A stretch of DNA of 64,000 nt from Lachnospiraceae bacterium UBA7202 (GTDB lineage Bacteria; Bacillota; Clostridia; Lachnospirales; Lachnospiraceae), in the NCBI GenBank assembly GCA_002490705.1, contig DKUO01000023.1:6535-70534 (forward strand), in the 5' to 3' direction. Position 1 is the stretch's first letter. Each line of letters opens with the position of its first letter. Positions 11,700 through 21,244 of the stretch are shown here, in pieces. Both the position numbers and the translations under genes were made by a program. Below the pieces are notes generated by a model. The model did not search any database. It was not told the origin of the DNA and was given only the letters and a program-made list of their open reading frames with translations.

Positions 11700-11954
11700 C
11701 TACTTGGTGGTCAGGAATTTTTCGATCTGTGCAACCGCAGTCTCCTCATCCGTTCCGTCCGCAGTCACTACTACCTCTGCACCGCTCTCCAGTCCCATGC
11801 TCATCATACCCATGATACTCTTCGCGTTTACCTTTTTGTTGTCAGAACCAAGGTAGATGGTGCTCTCAAACTGGCTTGCTACCTGCACCAGCATAGCCAC
11901 CGGGCGCGCCTCGAGCCCTGTCTCCAGTTTGATCTGGATTGACTTCTGAATCAT
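11700..11954 (-). CDS. crh: HPr-family phosphocarrier-like protein, Crh-type (Ser46 present, His15 replaced by Glu)
   Basis: 84 aa. TGLEARPVA (position 15 is Glu) and KKVNAKSIMGMMSMG (Ser46 region). It lies downstream of whiA, as crh does in the Bacillus yvc operon. Confidence 0.8.
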   Translation of the reverse strand: MIQKSIQIKLETGLEARPVAMLVQVASQFESTIYLGSDNKKVNAKSIMGMMSMGLESGAEVVVTADGTDEETAVAQIEKFLTTK

Positions 11955-11972
11955 AATATTTTCCTCCTCTTT

Positions 11973-12875
11973 TTATGATCTGATTTTGTCAGCAATTTCG
12001 CTCAGCCTGCGCAATCTATGATTTACCCCGGATTTCCCCACAACCGGCTCCAGATATCCGCCCAGCTCTTTCAGGGCCGCGTCCGGATATTCCAGCCGTA
12101 CTTCCGCCATCTGCCGCAGATTGTCCGGAAGATTTTCAAAGCCATACCTGTCTCTAATCAGAAGAATATCCTCAATCTGTCTTCCGGCCGCAGTCACCGT
12201 TTTGGAAATGTTGGCCGTCTCACAGTTGACTCTCCTGTTGATGGAGTTACGCATCTCTTTCAGGATTCTCATATTTTCCAATTCCATCAAAGATACATGC
12301 GCGCCCATCACATTAAGCAGATCCACAATGCCCGCGCCCTCTTTCAGATAAACGACATGGTACTTTTTCCTTCCTATGATCCTTGCCTCAATCTGAAATT
12401 CCAAAAGCATCTCCTGTAGCTGCAACGCCTGCGCCTTCTCATCACAGACGAACTCAAGATGATAGCTTTTCTTTGGGTCGCTCATGGAACCCACACACAA
12501 AAAAGCGCCACGCAGATAGGCTCTTGCACAACAGGAACTCTTAACCAGAAGTGGATTGACCGTTTGAGTCAGGTCGATCTTACCACTCTCATCCCCGGCA
12601 AGGCACAATGCCTGCAACACTCTGCGTTCCTTCTCGTCGTCGGGGATCGCTCTCTGTTTACCCCGCATAACAGTTTCTATATTAAATGTTTTTTTTAATA
12701 ATGTAAAGCACTTTCTCGCAACTGCATCATTTTCCGTGTCCAGACACAGATGCCGCCCGCCGTCGCAGACTCCGCCGCCGAAAAACAAAAGCGCCGCAAG
12801 CTCTGCTAGCTGACAATGTCTGGCCGTGCTCACATGGGCCGCGAGTTCCTCCTTTACACTCCCGGAAAAAGACAT
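11973..12875 (-). CDS. whiA: DNA-binding protein WhiA
   Basis: 300 aa. N-terminus SFSGSVKEEL, degenerate LAGLIDADG-like core, C-terminal HTH (SGVNHRLRRL). Confidence 0.88.
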   Translation of the reverse strand: MSFSGSVKEELAAHVSTARHCQLAELAALLFFGGGVCDGGRHLCLDTENDAVARKCFTLLKKTFNIETVMRGKQRAIPDDEKERRVLQALCLAGDESGKIDLTQTVNPLLVKSSCCARAYLRGAFLCVGSMSDPKKSYHLEFVCDEKAQALQLQEMLLEFQIEARIIGRKKYHVVYLKEGAGIVDLLNVMGAHVSLMELENMRILKEMRNSINRRVNCETANISKTVTAAGRQIEDILLIRDRYGFENLPDNLRQMAEVRLEYPDAALKELGGYLEPVVGKSGVNHRLRRLSEIADKIRS

Positions 12876-12886
12876 AACTCTTCCTC

Positions 12887-13744
12887 TTATTTTTCCACAT
12901 CCCGATGATACAGCTTCACGCCATAGGTTCCGTGATCCTTCATTTCCGCATAAAGCGCATTTGCAAGAGTCACGCTCCTGTGCTTCCCGCCGGTACAGCC
13001 AATGCCGATCACAAGCTGATGTTTGCCCTCTTTTACATAATTTGGAATCAGAAAATCCAACATGTCCACAAGTTGTTTCAAAAATGTACCTGCCTCAGGA
13101 AAACCCATCACATAATCCTGAACCTCTTTGTCGTTTCCCGTCTTATATTTCAATTCATCAATATAGAACGGATTGGGCAGAAACCGCACATCAAAAACCA
13201 AATCGGCATCCGCGGGAATTCCCTTTTTGAAACCAAAAGAAAGAATCGTCACCATCAGAGAATTGTATTCCTTGTTTTTGACAAAGATACTGTCAATCTC
13301 CTCTTTGAGCTCTCTGGTCAGAAGATGGGACGTATCAATGATATAATCCGCTTTCTCTCGAATCTCCTTTAAGATTTCCCGCTCCCTGTGAATCCCCTCT
13401 TCCACCCTGCCCTCAGGGGAAAGCGGGTGCAGTCTCCTTGTCTCCTTATAACGTTTCAGAAGAACGTTGTCATCAGCCTCCAGAAAGAGAATCTCAAAAA
13501 GATAGCCATTTTCCTTCAGCTGATCCAAAGTGCTCCTCACACCGCCAAACGCCTGATCTGCGCGCACATCAAGTCCCAGTGCAACCTTGTTGACCTCGCT
13601 TGCAGGCGTCGTAATCAACTCCGCAAACTTCTCAATCAACGCCACCGGCAGATTATCCACGCAGTAAAAACCCACATCCTCCAACATTTTCATGGCGGTC
13701 CGCTTTCCCGAACCGCTCATTCCCGTTACGATCACAAATCTCAT
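12887..13744 (-). CDS. rapZ: RNase adapter / nucleotide-binding protein RapZ (YvcJ)
   Basis: 285 aa. P-loop VTGMSGSGKRTA and C-terminal GCTGGKHRS motif. Confidence 0.9.
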   Translation of the reverse strand: MRFVIVTGMSGSGKRTAMKMLEDVGFYCVDNLPVALIEKFAELITTPASEVNKVALGLDVRADQAFGGVRSTLDQLKENGYLFEILFLEADDNVLLKRYKETRRLHPLSPEGRVEEGIHREREILKEIREKADYIIDTSHLLTRELKEEIDSIFVKNKEYNSLMVTILSFGFKKGIPADADLVFDVRFLPNPFYIDELKYKTGNDKEVQDYVMGFPEAGTFLKQLVDMLDFLIPNYVKEGKHQLVIGIGCTGGKHRSVTLANALYAEMKDHGTYGVKLYHRDVEK

Positions 13745-13771
13745 GTTGTTCGTATGCCTCTTTCTTCTGTG

Positions 13772-14683
13772 CTAAAAATCTCCCAAAAAAACGACCTCCG
13801 GTTCCAGTCTGACATGGAACCGATCCCGCACGCGCTCCTGTATCTCCTCGATCACTTCCTTGATATCTGCCGCTGTCGCCCCTCCGGCATTAATCACGAA
13901 TCCGCAATGCTTCTCTGAAACCTGCGCGCCGCCGATACGATAACCGCGGAGCCCCGCATCCATGATAAGTTTCCCCGCATAATAACCCTCCGGCCTTTTA
14001 AAGGTACTGCCCGCGCTCGGATACTCCAACGGCTGCTTGCTCTTCCGCTGTTTCATCAGTTCCTCCATCTTCGCACCGATCTCCTCCTCATTGCCGGGCG
14101 TCAGCTTGAGAACGACTCCCAGTACGATAAAAGGTCTGTCTTTGATGATGCTGGTGCGATAGCCAAACTCCATCGTGTCATTATCCAAAGTCAGAATCTG
14201 TCCCTCTTTGTCCATCACACGAACCATCTGCACAATCTGTTTCATCTCTCCGCCGTAAGCACCGGCATTCATCACAATAGCGCCACCCACAGTTCCCGGA
14301 ATTCCCGCCGCAAACTCCAAGCCGCTTAAGCCCTTTTCCTTTGCGACAGTGGCAACCAGCGAAAGCGGCGCACTGGCCCCCACCGCAATGTGATTCTGTT
14401 CGACACGGATGCCTCCCATCCGTTTTCCCATTTTCACAATCACGCCCCGGTAGCCCTTATCGCCCACCAGCAGATTGCTTCCGTTTCCCAGGACAAAATA
14501 ATCCTGCTCTAACCGTCCCAGATAAGAGATAATCTGCGCCAGTTCGTCCTTGGTTTCCACAACGATCATGCACTCTGCCTCGCCGCCCACCCGAAAGGTG
14601 GTATACTTACTCATCGGCTCATGAAACAATAATCTCTCCTCAGGAACAATCGTCCTGATATGTTCATACATTGATGCACTCAA
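13772..14683 (-). CDS. murB: UDP-N-acetylenolpyruvoylglucosamine reductase
   Basis: 303 aa. FAD-binding region (TTFRVGG, LGNGSNLL) and C-terminal SAGSTFKRP. Confidence 0.9.
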   Translation of the reverse strand: MSASMYEHIRTIVPEERLLFHEPMSKYTTFRVGGEAECMIVVETKDELAQIISYLGRLEQDYFVLGNGSNLLVGDKGYRGVIVKMGKRMGGIRVEQNHIAVGASAPLSLVATVAKEKGLSGLEFAAGIPGTVGGAIVMNAGAYGGEMKQIVQMVRVMDKEGQILTLDNDTMEFGYRTSIIKDRPFIVLGVVLKLTPGNEEEIGAKMEELMKQRKSKQPLEYPSAGSTFKRPEGYYAGKLIMDAGLRGYRIGGAQVSEKHCGFVINAGGATAADIKEVIEEIQERVRDRFHVRLEPEVVFLGDF

Positions 14684-14770
14684 TTTCTACCCCTGCTCAT
14701 TTCTTTCTATATTAATATATCCCGAACGTGCCATATAAATTCCAAACCCAATTTCTCACTCTGAGTTTGT

Positions 14771-14837
14771 TCAGGATTGAGCTTGCTCAGGATTGAGCTT
14801 GCTCAGGATTGAGCTTGCTCAGGATTGAGCTTGCTCA
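14771..14837. repeat. Perfect tandem repeat: 16-bp unit TCAGGATTGAGCTTGC x4, plus partial copies at both ends
   Basis: Read directly. Identical units occupy 14771-14786, 14787-14802, 14803-14818 and 14819-14834, followed by TCA. A degenerate copy (CTGAGTTTGT) precedes the array. It starts 8 nt after the glcK stop. Confidence 0.97.
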
Positions 14838-14842
14838 ATCAG

Positions 14843-15778
14843 TTATAGGACCAGACGGGCCGCGCCGTAAATCCCCGCGTCATTTCCCAATGTGGCAAGC
14901 GCAAAGATCACATTTCTGCTGCCGTGGAAAGTTGTCCTCTCAAAAGCAGGCTTAATATAGTCAAAGAGCACCTCTCCCGCTTTGGAGACGCCGCCGCCAA
15001 TGACAAAAATTTCAGGATTGATGATACCCGCAACCACACCCAGACCTTTGCCCAGATATTCGCCGAACTGCTTTGCAATCTCTATCGCCAGCTCATCCCC
15101 TGCCTTTACTGCGTCAAACACGGTCTTGGCGGACACCTCCCCGTTTCGCAGAACGCTGTCCTTATCACTGGCCTTTAGCGCACGATTGGCCAATCTGGTA
15201 ATTCCCGTAGCCGAAGCATACTCCTCCAGACAGCCATAATTTCCACAGCCGCAGGCTTCTGTCTCATGATCCTCCACATGAATATGACCGATCTCTCCGC
15301 CCGCGCCCGTAGCGCCTGTCATGATCTCGCCGTTTACGATAATACCGCCGCCGACTCCTGTTCCAAGGGTAACCGCCACCAAATTTTTATGGCCCTGTCC
15401 ACCGCCCTTCCACATTTCTCCGAGCGCCGCCACATTGGCATCATTACCGCCCTCCACCCGCATACCGTCTAAAAGCGCGGTGAGTGTTTCCTTCATGTTC
15501 AGCTCCGACCACCCTAAATTGACAGCCTTGTGCACCACGCCGCTTTTTTCTACAGGGCCGGGCACGCCGATACCGACGCCTATTACATCATCCTTTGTAA
15601 TCGCCTTCTCCGCCATCTTTTCTTTGACGCTGGCCGCAATATCAGGCAAAATATTCTCTCCGTTATTCGCCGTCCTTGTGGGAATCTCCCACTTGTCCAG
15701 CACATTGCCATCCTTGTCAAACAGCCCCATTTTAACAGTGGTTCCACCCACGTCTACCCCAAATACATAATTCGCCAT
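14843..15778 (-). CDS. glcK: ROK-family glucokinase
   Basis: 311 aa. FGVDVGGTTVKMG N-terminus and ROK zinc motif CGCGNYGCLEEYAS. Confidence 0.88.
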   Translation of the reverse strand: MANYVFGVDVGGTTVKMGLFDKDGNVLDKWEIPTRTANNGENILPDIAASVKEKMAEKAITKDDVIGVGIGVPGPVEKSGVVHKAVNLGWSELNMKETLTALLDGMRVEGGNDANVAALGEMWKGGGQGHKNLVAVTLGTGVGGGIIVNGEIMTGATGAGGEIGHIHVEDHETEACGCGNYGCLEEYASATGITRLANRALKASDKDSVLRNGEVSAKTVFDAVKAGDELAIEIAKQFGEYLGKGLGVVAGIINPEIFVIGGGVSKAGEVLFDYIKPAFERTTFHGSRNVIFALATLGNDAGIYGAARLVL

Positions 15779-15802
15779 GCGATTTCTCTCCTTTTCTTAA
15801 AA

Positions 15803-16744
15803 TCAGTCTTCGTCCTCATCACGCCCATGCGCAAGAGAATTCTGCACGCGCTTGTAAAGCTCCTGCGCCGCATTATACCCCATCTTCTTCTGTCTGTGAT
15901 TGGCAGCGGCAGACTCGCAGATAATCGCCAGATTACGTCCCGGTCTGATCGGAATACTGTGACAGGCAATGCGATTACCCAGATACTCAGTATATTCTTC
16001 CTCCAATCCCAGCCTGTCATACTCCTTATCCTTATCCCAGTCCTCAAGGCGGATTACCAGATCAATATTCTGGGTATCTCTGACACTGGACGCACCAAAC
16101 AGTGCCTTCACATCCACAATGCCAATCCCTCGCAGCTCAATAAAGTGTTTCGTGATATCAGGCGCGGAACCGATCAGCGTATCTTCGCTGACACGCCTGA
16201 TCTCCACCACATCATCCGTCACCAGACGGTGTCCTCTCTTAATTAATTCCAGCGCCGCCTCGGATTTACCGATACCGCTCTCACCTGTGATCAAAAGGCC
16301 CTCACCGTAAACGTCTACCAGCACGCCATGTACGGAAATACAGGGAGCAAGTTTTACGTTCAGCCAGCGGATCACCTCCGCCATACAGGCAGATGTCGCT
16401 TTTCTGCTCATCAGGATCGGTACGCCGTACTTCACCGCAACCTCCCTGAAAATTTCGTTCGGATGCAGCTCTCTGCAAAACAGAATGCCCGGCAGCGGAT
16501 TATTTAAGAGCTTTTCAAAAATCTCCCGCTGTCTCTCCTCGTCCATTCCGTTCATATAGGAATATTCCACAAAGCCGACAATCTGTAGACGCGTCGTCTC
16601 AAAATGCTCGAAATATCCCGCCAGCTGCAATGCCGGCCTGTTAATATCCGGTTGCGTTATCTTGATCTTTGAGGTATCAATCTCCGGTGTGAGATTCTCC
16701 CACTTAAATTTTTCAATTACCTTTGTCAAACTGATGCTTGCCAT
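15803..16744 (-). CDS. hprK: HPr kinase/phosphorylase
   Basis: 313 aa. P-loop GESGIGKSE, plus LVTDDVVEI and ELRGIGI motifs. Confidence 0.92.
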   Translation of the reverse strand: MASISLTKVIEKFKWENLTPEIDTSKIKITQPDINRPALQLAGYFEHFETTRLQIVGFVEYSYMNGMDEERQREIFEKLLNNPLPGILFCRELHPNEIFREVAVKYGVPILMSRKATSACMAEVIRWLNVKLAPCISVHGVLVDVYGEGLLITGESGIGKSEAALELIKRGHRLVTDDVVEIRRVSEDTLIGSAPDITKHFIELRGIGIVDVKALFGASSVRDTQNIDLVIRLEDWDKDKEYDRLGLEEEYTEYLGNRIACHSIPIRPGRNLAIICESAAANHRQKKMGYNAAQELYKRVQNSLAHGRDEDED

Positions 16745-16796
16745 AGTTTCCTCCTCACCGCACTTCTTCTCATTGCCACCGTGTATATCTTACCAT

Positions 16797-16826
16797 ACAA
16801 AAAAGCCGCGCGCAATAAGCGGCGGC
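16797..16826 (-). terminator. Intrinsic terminator directly after the uvrC stop
   Basis: On the minus strand: AGCCGCCGC-TTATT-GCGCGCGGCT followed by TTTTTTG. Confidence 0.55.
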
Positions 16827-18691
16827 TACTGCTTAGTCCGAAAAAAATCGTATATCTGCTTTGCAACGTGCTCCGGGATTTCCTGCACTTCACATAATTT
16901 TTCCACCGACGCCTCCTTAATCTCATTGATAGAGCGAAAATGGCGCATCAACGCTTTTCTCCTTGCGGGCCCCACCCCGGGAATCTCGTCAAGGACCGAT
17001 TTCACCTGCGCTTTGGAACGCAGGGAACGATGATACTCGATGGCAAATCGATGGGCCTCGTCCTGAATTCTGGTCACCAGCTTAAACCCTTCCGAATGCG
17101 TGTCAATGGGGATTTCCACATTCTGATAATACAATCCCCTTGTCCGGTGGTTATCATCCTTCACCATGCCGCACACCGGAATATCCAGATGCAGCTCGGA
17201 AAGTACCTGTAGGGCGATATTGACTTGTCCTTTGCCGCCGTCCATCAGCAATAAATCGGGAAATTTTGTAAAACTTCCAAACTCGTGATCCACCTGCCGG
17301 CGGTCCAAATCTTCCTTCTCCTCCATCCCGTGAAGGAACCGTCTTGTAAGCACCTCCCGCATACAAGCGTAGTCGTCCGGCCCGGAAACCGATTGAATCC
17401 GAAACTTTCGGTAATCGCTGCGCTTGGCCTTGCCCTTCTCAAAAACCACCATGGAACCCACATTGGCAAAGCCGCTGATATTCGATATGTCGTAGGCTTC
17501 CATACGGCTCACATCTTCCAGATCCAAGAGGGCCGCGATCTCTTTCATCGCGCCGATGGTTCTGCCTTCCTCCCTGCGGATACGCTCCTTATCCTGACTC
17601 AAGATAAGCGCTGCATTCTGTGCCGCAAGCTCCACCAGTTTTTCCTTCGCTCCCTTTTTGGGTACGCGTATGTAAACTCTGCCGCCTTTTCTTGCCGTGA
17701 GCCACTTCTCCAGAATTTCTATCTCCGCGATCTCCTCCTGTAGCATCAGTTCCTTCGGAATATAGGGCGTCCCCGCATAAAACTGTTTCACAAAATCGAG
17801 GAGAATCTGAGCATTGTCACAGTCCTCCACATGGGTCATGTAAAAATGTTCCCTGCCGATCAGTTTTCCACCGCGCACAAAAAACACCTGTACCACAGCC
17901 TCGTGTTCCTCCGCCGCCATGGCAATGATATCCTTATCCTCTCCATCGGAATCGGTAATTTTCTGCTTCTGTGCAACGCTCTTTACGCTGTTGTACAGAT
18001 CCCGATATCCGGCCGCCTCCTCATACTCCATCCTTTCCGACGCTTCTGTCATTTTTTCTTCCAGTTCGCGGAGCATCGGCTTATAATTTCCGTTCAAAAA
18101 ATCCAGCGCCCGTTCAATCCTCGCCCGATACTCTTCTTTGCTGATATAGCCCTGACAGGGCGCCGCGCATTGTTTAATATGATAATTCAGGCACGGCCGT
18201 TCCAGACCCATATCCCGCGGAAGCCGGCGGTTGCAGGTCTTTAGCTGATAAAGCTTATTCATCAGGTCAATGGTATCTTTTACCGCACCCGCAGAAGTAT
18301 ATGGCCCGAAATATTTTGACTTATCCTTTTTCATTTCACGGGAGAGGAGAATCCGCGGATACTCCTCTCCCATCGTCACCTTGATATAAGGATAAGTCTT
18401 GTCGTCCTTCAACATGGTGTTGTATTTCGGACTATATTCCTTGATCAGATTATTTTCCAGGACCAGTGCTTCCAGCTCCGAATCCGTCACAATATAATCG
18501 AACCGCGCAATCTGCTGCACCATCCTGTCGATCTGCGGGCCGCGGCCTACGATTTTACGAAAGTAAGACCGTACCCGGTTATGCAGATTCACTGCCTTAC
18601 CCACATAGATGATCGTATCGTTGTCGTCATGCATCATATATACGCCGGGCGAATGAGGCAGTTTCTTTAATTCTTCGTCAACGTTGAACAT
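16826..18691 (-). CDS. uvrC: Excinuclease ABC subunit C
   Basis: 621 aa. GIY-YIG N-terminus ([18 protein letters not shown]), UVR domain and C-terminal HhH ([12 protein letters not shown]). Confidence 0.92.
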   Translation of the reverse strand: MFNVDEELKKLPHSPGVYMMHDDNDTIIYVGKAVNLHNRVRSYFRKIVGRGPQIDRMVQQIARFDYIVTDSELEALVLENNLIKEYSPKYNTMLKDDKTYPYIKVTMGEEYPRILLSREMKKDKSKYFGPYTSAGAVKDTIDLMNKLYQLKTCNRRLPRDMGLERPCLNYHIKQCAAPCQGYISKEEYRARIERALDFLNGNYKPMLRELEEKMTEASERMEYEEAAGYRDLYNSVKSVAQKQKITDSDGEDKDIIAMAAEEHEAVVQVFFVRGGKLIGREHFYMTHVEDCDNAQILLDFVKQFYAGTPYIPKELMLQEEIAEIEILEKWLTARKGGRVYIRVPKKGAKEKLVELAAQNAALILSQDKERIRREEGRTIGAMKEIAALLDLEDVSRMEAYDISNISGFANVGSMVVFEKGKAKRSDYRKFRIQSVSGPDDYACMREVLTRRFLHGMEEKEDLDRRQVDHEFGSFTKFPDLLLMDGGKGQVNIALQVLSELHLDIPVCGMVKDDNHRTRGLYYQNVEIPIDTHSEGFKLVTRIQDEAHRFAIEYHRSLRSKAQVKSVLDEIPGVGPARRKALMRHFRSINEIKEASVEKLCEVQEIPEHVAKQIYDFFRTKQ

Positions 18692-18697
18692 AGATCT

Positions 18698-20992
18698 CTA
18701 TCCTTCGTTCTCACGATTCTGCGAATCCGGCGCCTGTGAAAATAAGCCCCTGTTCACAGGGGGTTCCTGCTGCGCCTGCTGCTTCGGTTTCTCCTGCCCG
18801 TCGGGAGCCTGTGGCTTTTCCGGCTCTTTCTGCCCGCCAAAAGGCTGCGGCGCTTTAGGTGCTTCCTGTACCTCATGCGGCTCATTCTGCATCTGAAACC
18901 GCGGTTTACTCTCCTGGGGCAGAGGCGCACCCGGCGTCTGAGCCTGTGGTTCGCTCTGCTGTGGCGTACCCGGCGCCTTCTTCACGTCCCCGCTCTTCAC
19001 ATCTTCCTCTTCCACAGGTTCAGGAATCCCCTTCTCCTTGCGGTAAATCTTCATGAACTCCTTACCGGTAATGGTTTCCTTCTCAATCAGGTGAGCCGCC
19101 AGTTTATCCATGATCTCACGGTTCTCTTTCAAAAGCTTCTTTGCCTTCTTATAGCTTTCATGGAGTACCTTCATCACTTCGGTGTCGATATCCGCCGCCG
19201 TCACATCGGAACAGGTCAGGGAAGCCCTGCCGTCCAAATACTGGCTTTCCACCGTGGCAAGTCCCATCAGACCGAACTTTTTGCTCATACCAAAACGGGT
19301 GATCATATTCCGCGCAATACTTGTAGCCTGCTCAATATCATTGGCCGCTCCAGTGGTAACGGTATCAAAGACAATCTCCTCCGCCGCACGTCCGCCCAAC
19401 AGGCTGACCAATCTGTCGCGAAGCTCCGCCTCCGTATCCAGATACTTCTCCTCCTCCGGCACATGCATAACATAGCCGAGGGCTCCCATGGTACGGGGCA
19501 CAATCGTAATTTTCTGCACCGGCTCTGAATTCTTTTGCAGCGCGCTCACAAGGGCGTGTCCCACCTCATGGTAGGAGACGATCTTGCGCTCCTCTTTGCT
19601 CATCACGCGGTCTTTTTTCTCTTTCCCCACGAGCACCTGTTCCACTGCGTCAAAGAGATCTTTCTGGCTCACGTATTCCCGGCCCATCTTTACTGCATTG
19701 ATAGCCGCCTCATTAATCATATTAGCCAGATCAGAACCCACTGCACCGGAAGTGGCAAGTGCAATCTCATTCAAATCCACCGAATCATCCATCAGCACAT
19801 CCTTGGAATGTACTTTCAGGATTTCTACACGACCCTTCAAGTCCGGTTTATCCACAATGATCCGTCTGTCGAAACGTCCCGGACGCAGCAGCGCCTTATC
19901 CAAAATTTCCGGCCTGTTTGTAGCCGCCAAAATAATAATACCCTTTCTCCCATCGAAACCGTCCATCTCGGAGAGAAGCTGATTCAAGGTCTGCTCCCGC
20001 TCCTCGTTGCCGCCGCCGTACTTCGAATCACGGCTCCTGCCGATGGCATCAATCTCATCTATAAACACGATACAGGGAGCGTTCTTCTCCGCCTCCTTAA
20101 AAAGATCACGGACACGGGAGGCGCCCACGCCCACATATAATTCGATAAAATCCGAACCTGACAGGGAAAAGAAGGGCACATGCGCCTCTCCTGCCACCGC
20201 CTTTGCAAGGAGCGTCTTACCTGTACCGGGAGGGCCCACCAAAAGCGCGCCCTTGGGAAGTCTTGCGCCAATCTTGGAATACTTGCCGGGATTGTGTAAA
20301 AAATCGACCACCTCAACCAGAGACTCCTTCGCTTCATCCTCCCCGGCAACATCCTGAAAGGTAATGCCCGTCTCCTTCTGCACATAGGCCTTAGCCGTAC
20401 TCTTACCCACACCCATGGGGCCACCCTTGCCACCCATACGTCTAAAGAGCAGGCTTAACAATCCCCACATCAAAAGGACGGGAAGAATATAATACAGCAG
20501 GATCGTCATGATCATACCTGAGCTGTCGGAGACTTCTTTGTTCATCTTCACGTCATGCTTAAGCAGTCTGGCCGCCAGCGTGTCATCATCTTCCATCTTG
20601 CCCGTGTAATAGCTGCTTATGCCCATACCGTAGGCATAGGAAAATACAGACCCCTTCTGTTGCGCCTTGGGATAGATCGTAATTCGGTCTGCCCCCACCT
20701 CAACGCTCTCTATCTCTCCCGCTTCCACCATCTGCACAAACTCATTGTAAGAGATTTCCTGATTGGTAGCTCCCGTCATCATTTTCATAAAAAAGCTGAC
20801 GCATAGAAGCGTAACAAGGGCAGCGATCACCAGCATGATCAAGCTCTGTTTACGAGGGTCGCTTCCGTTTCCTCCCGGCCCGCCGGGACCTCCCGGTCCA
20901 CCCGGTCCGCCGTTGCCTGTAGGCCCTCCCGGTCCGGGGCTGCCTCCGTTTTCGTACTGATTTACATTGTCTGCTTTATCTGTATTTGCCAT
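18698..20992 (-). CDS. ftsH: ATP-dependent zinc metalloprotease FtsH, with low-complexity N- and C-terminal extensions
   Basis: Walker A GPPGTGKT, Walker [12 protein letters not shown], zinc site HEVGHAL. It also has a Gly/Pro-rich N-terminus and a ~110-aa Pro/Gln/Glu-rich tail. Confidence 0.93.
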   Translation of the reverse strand: MANTDKADNVNQYENGGSPGPGGPTGNGGPGGPGGPGGPGGNGSDPRKQSLIMLVIAALVTLLCVSFFMKMMTGATNQEISYNEFVQMVEAGEIESVEVGADRITIYPKAQQKGSVFSYAYGMGISSYYTGKMEDDDTLAARLLKHDVKMNKEVSDSSGMIMTILLYYILPVLLMWGLLSLLFRRMGGKGGPMGVGKSTAKAYVQKETGITFQDVAGEDEAKESLVEVVDFLHNPGKYSKIGARLPKGALLVGPPGTGKTLLAKAVAGEAHVPFFSLSGSDFIELYVGVGASRVRDLFKEAEKNAPCIVFIDEIDAIGRSRDSKYGGGNEEREQTLNQLLSEMDGFDGRKGIIILAATNRPEILDKALLRPGRFDRRIIVDKPDLKGRVEILKVHSKDVLMDDSVDLNEIALATSGAVGSDLANMINEAAINAVKMGREYVSQKDLFDAVEQVLVGKEKKDRVMSKEERKIVSYHEVGHALVSALQKNSEPVQKITIVPRTMGALGYVMHVPEEEKYLDTEAELRDRLVSLLGGRAAEEIVFDTVTTGAANDIEQATSIARNMITRFGMSKKFGLMGLATVESQYLDGRASLTCSDVTAADIDTEVMKVLHESYKKAKKLLKENREIMDKLAAHLIEKETITGKEFMKIYRKEKGIPEPVEEEDVKSGDVKKAPGTPQQSEPQAQTPGAPLPQESKPRFQMQNEPHEVQEAPKAPQPFGGQKEPEKPQAPDGQEKPKQQAQQEPPVNRGLFSQAPDSQNRENEG

Positions 20993-21058
20993 CGAAAAGG
21001 CATCCTCTCTTTCTGAATGTTATATACTTGCAAATCCGCGCTTTGTTTTTCTTCTACA

Positions 21059-21082
21059 GCTACTATATAACTATATAGTAGC
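21059..21082. repeat. Perfect 11-2-11 inverted repeat in the ftsH/pyrG divergent intergenic region
   Basis: GCTACTATATA-AC-TATATAGTAGC, verified by reverse complement. There is no flanking T-run on either strand, so it does not look like a terminator. Confidence 0.9.
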
Positions 21083-21244
21083 AAAAAACAGAAATCAATG
21101 AGAAATTTGTGAATTTCTACACACATCTCTAAAAGTATTATAAAGTTTTTCCCCTTTTTTCTCTAATTTTCCTTTTTAGTATAGATTTTCCGCCGGATTT
21201 TTCTTATAATAATAAAAGATATGAACACAGGAAAGGGACAGACT

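Noticed and set aside
14771-14837. A possible CRISPR array.
   Set aside because: The repeats are 16 bp and directly abutting, with no spacers. There are no cas genes in the window. It is a simple tandem repeat.
18684-18896. A Cys-rich 70-aa ORF (…[44 protein letters not shown]) that superficially looks like a RiPP or lanthipeptide precursor.
   Set aside because: It is the antisense reading of the Pro/Gln/Ala/Glu-rich FtsH tail, where GCA/CAG/GAA codons read backwards give TGC/CTG/TTC. It overlaps the uvrC start region. It has no RBS and no adjacent modification enzymes.
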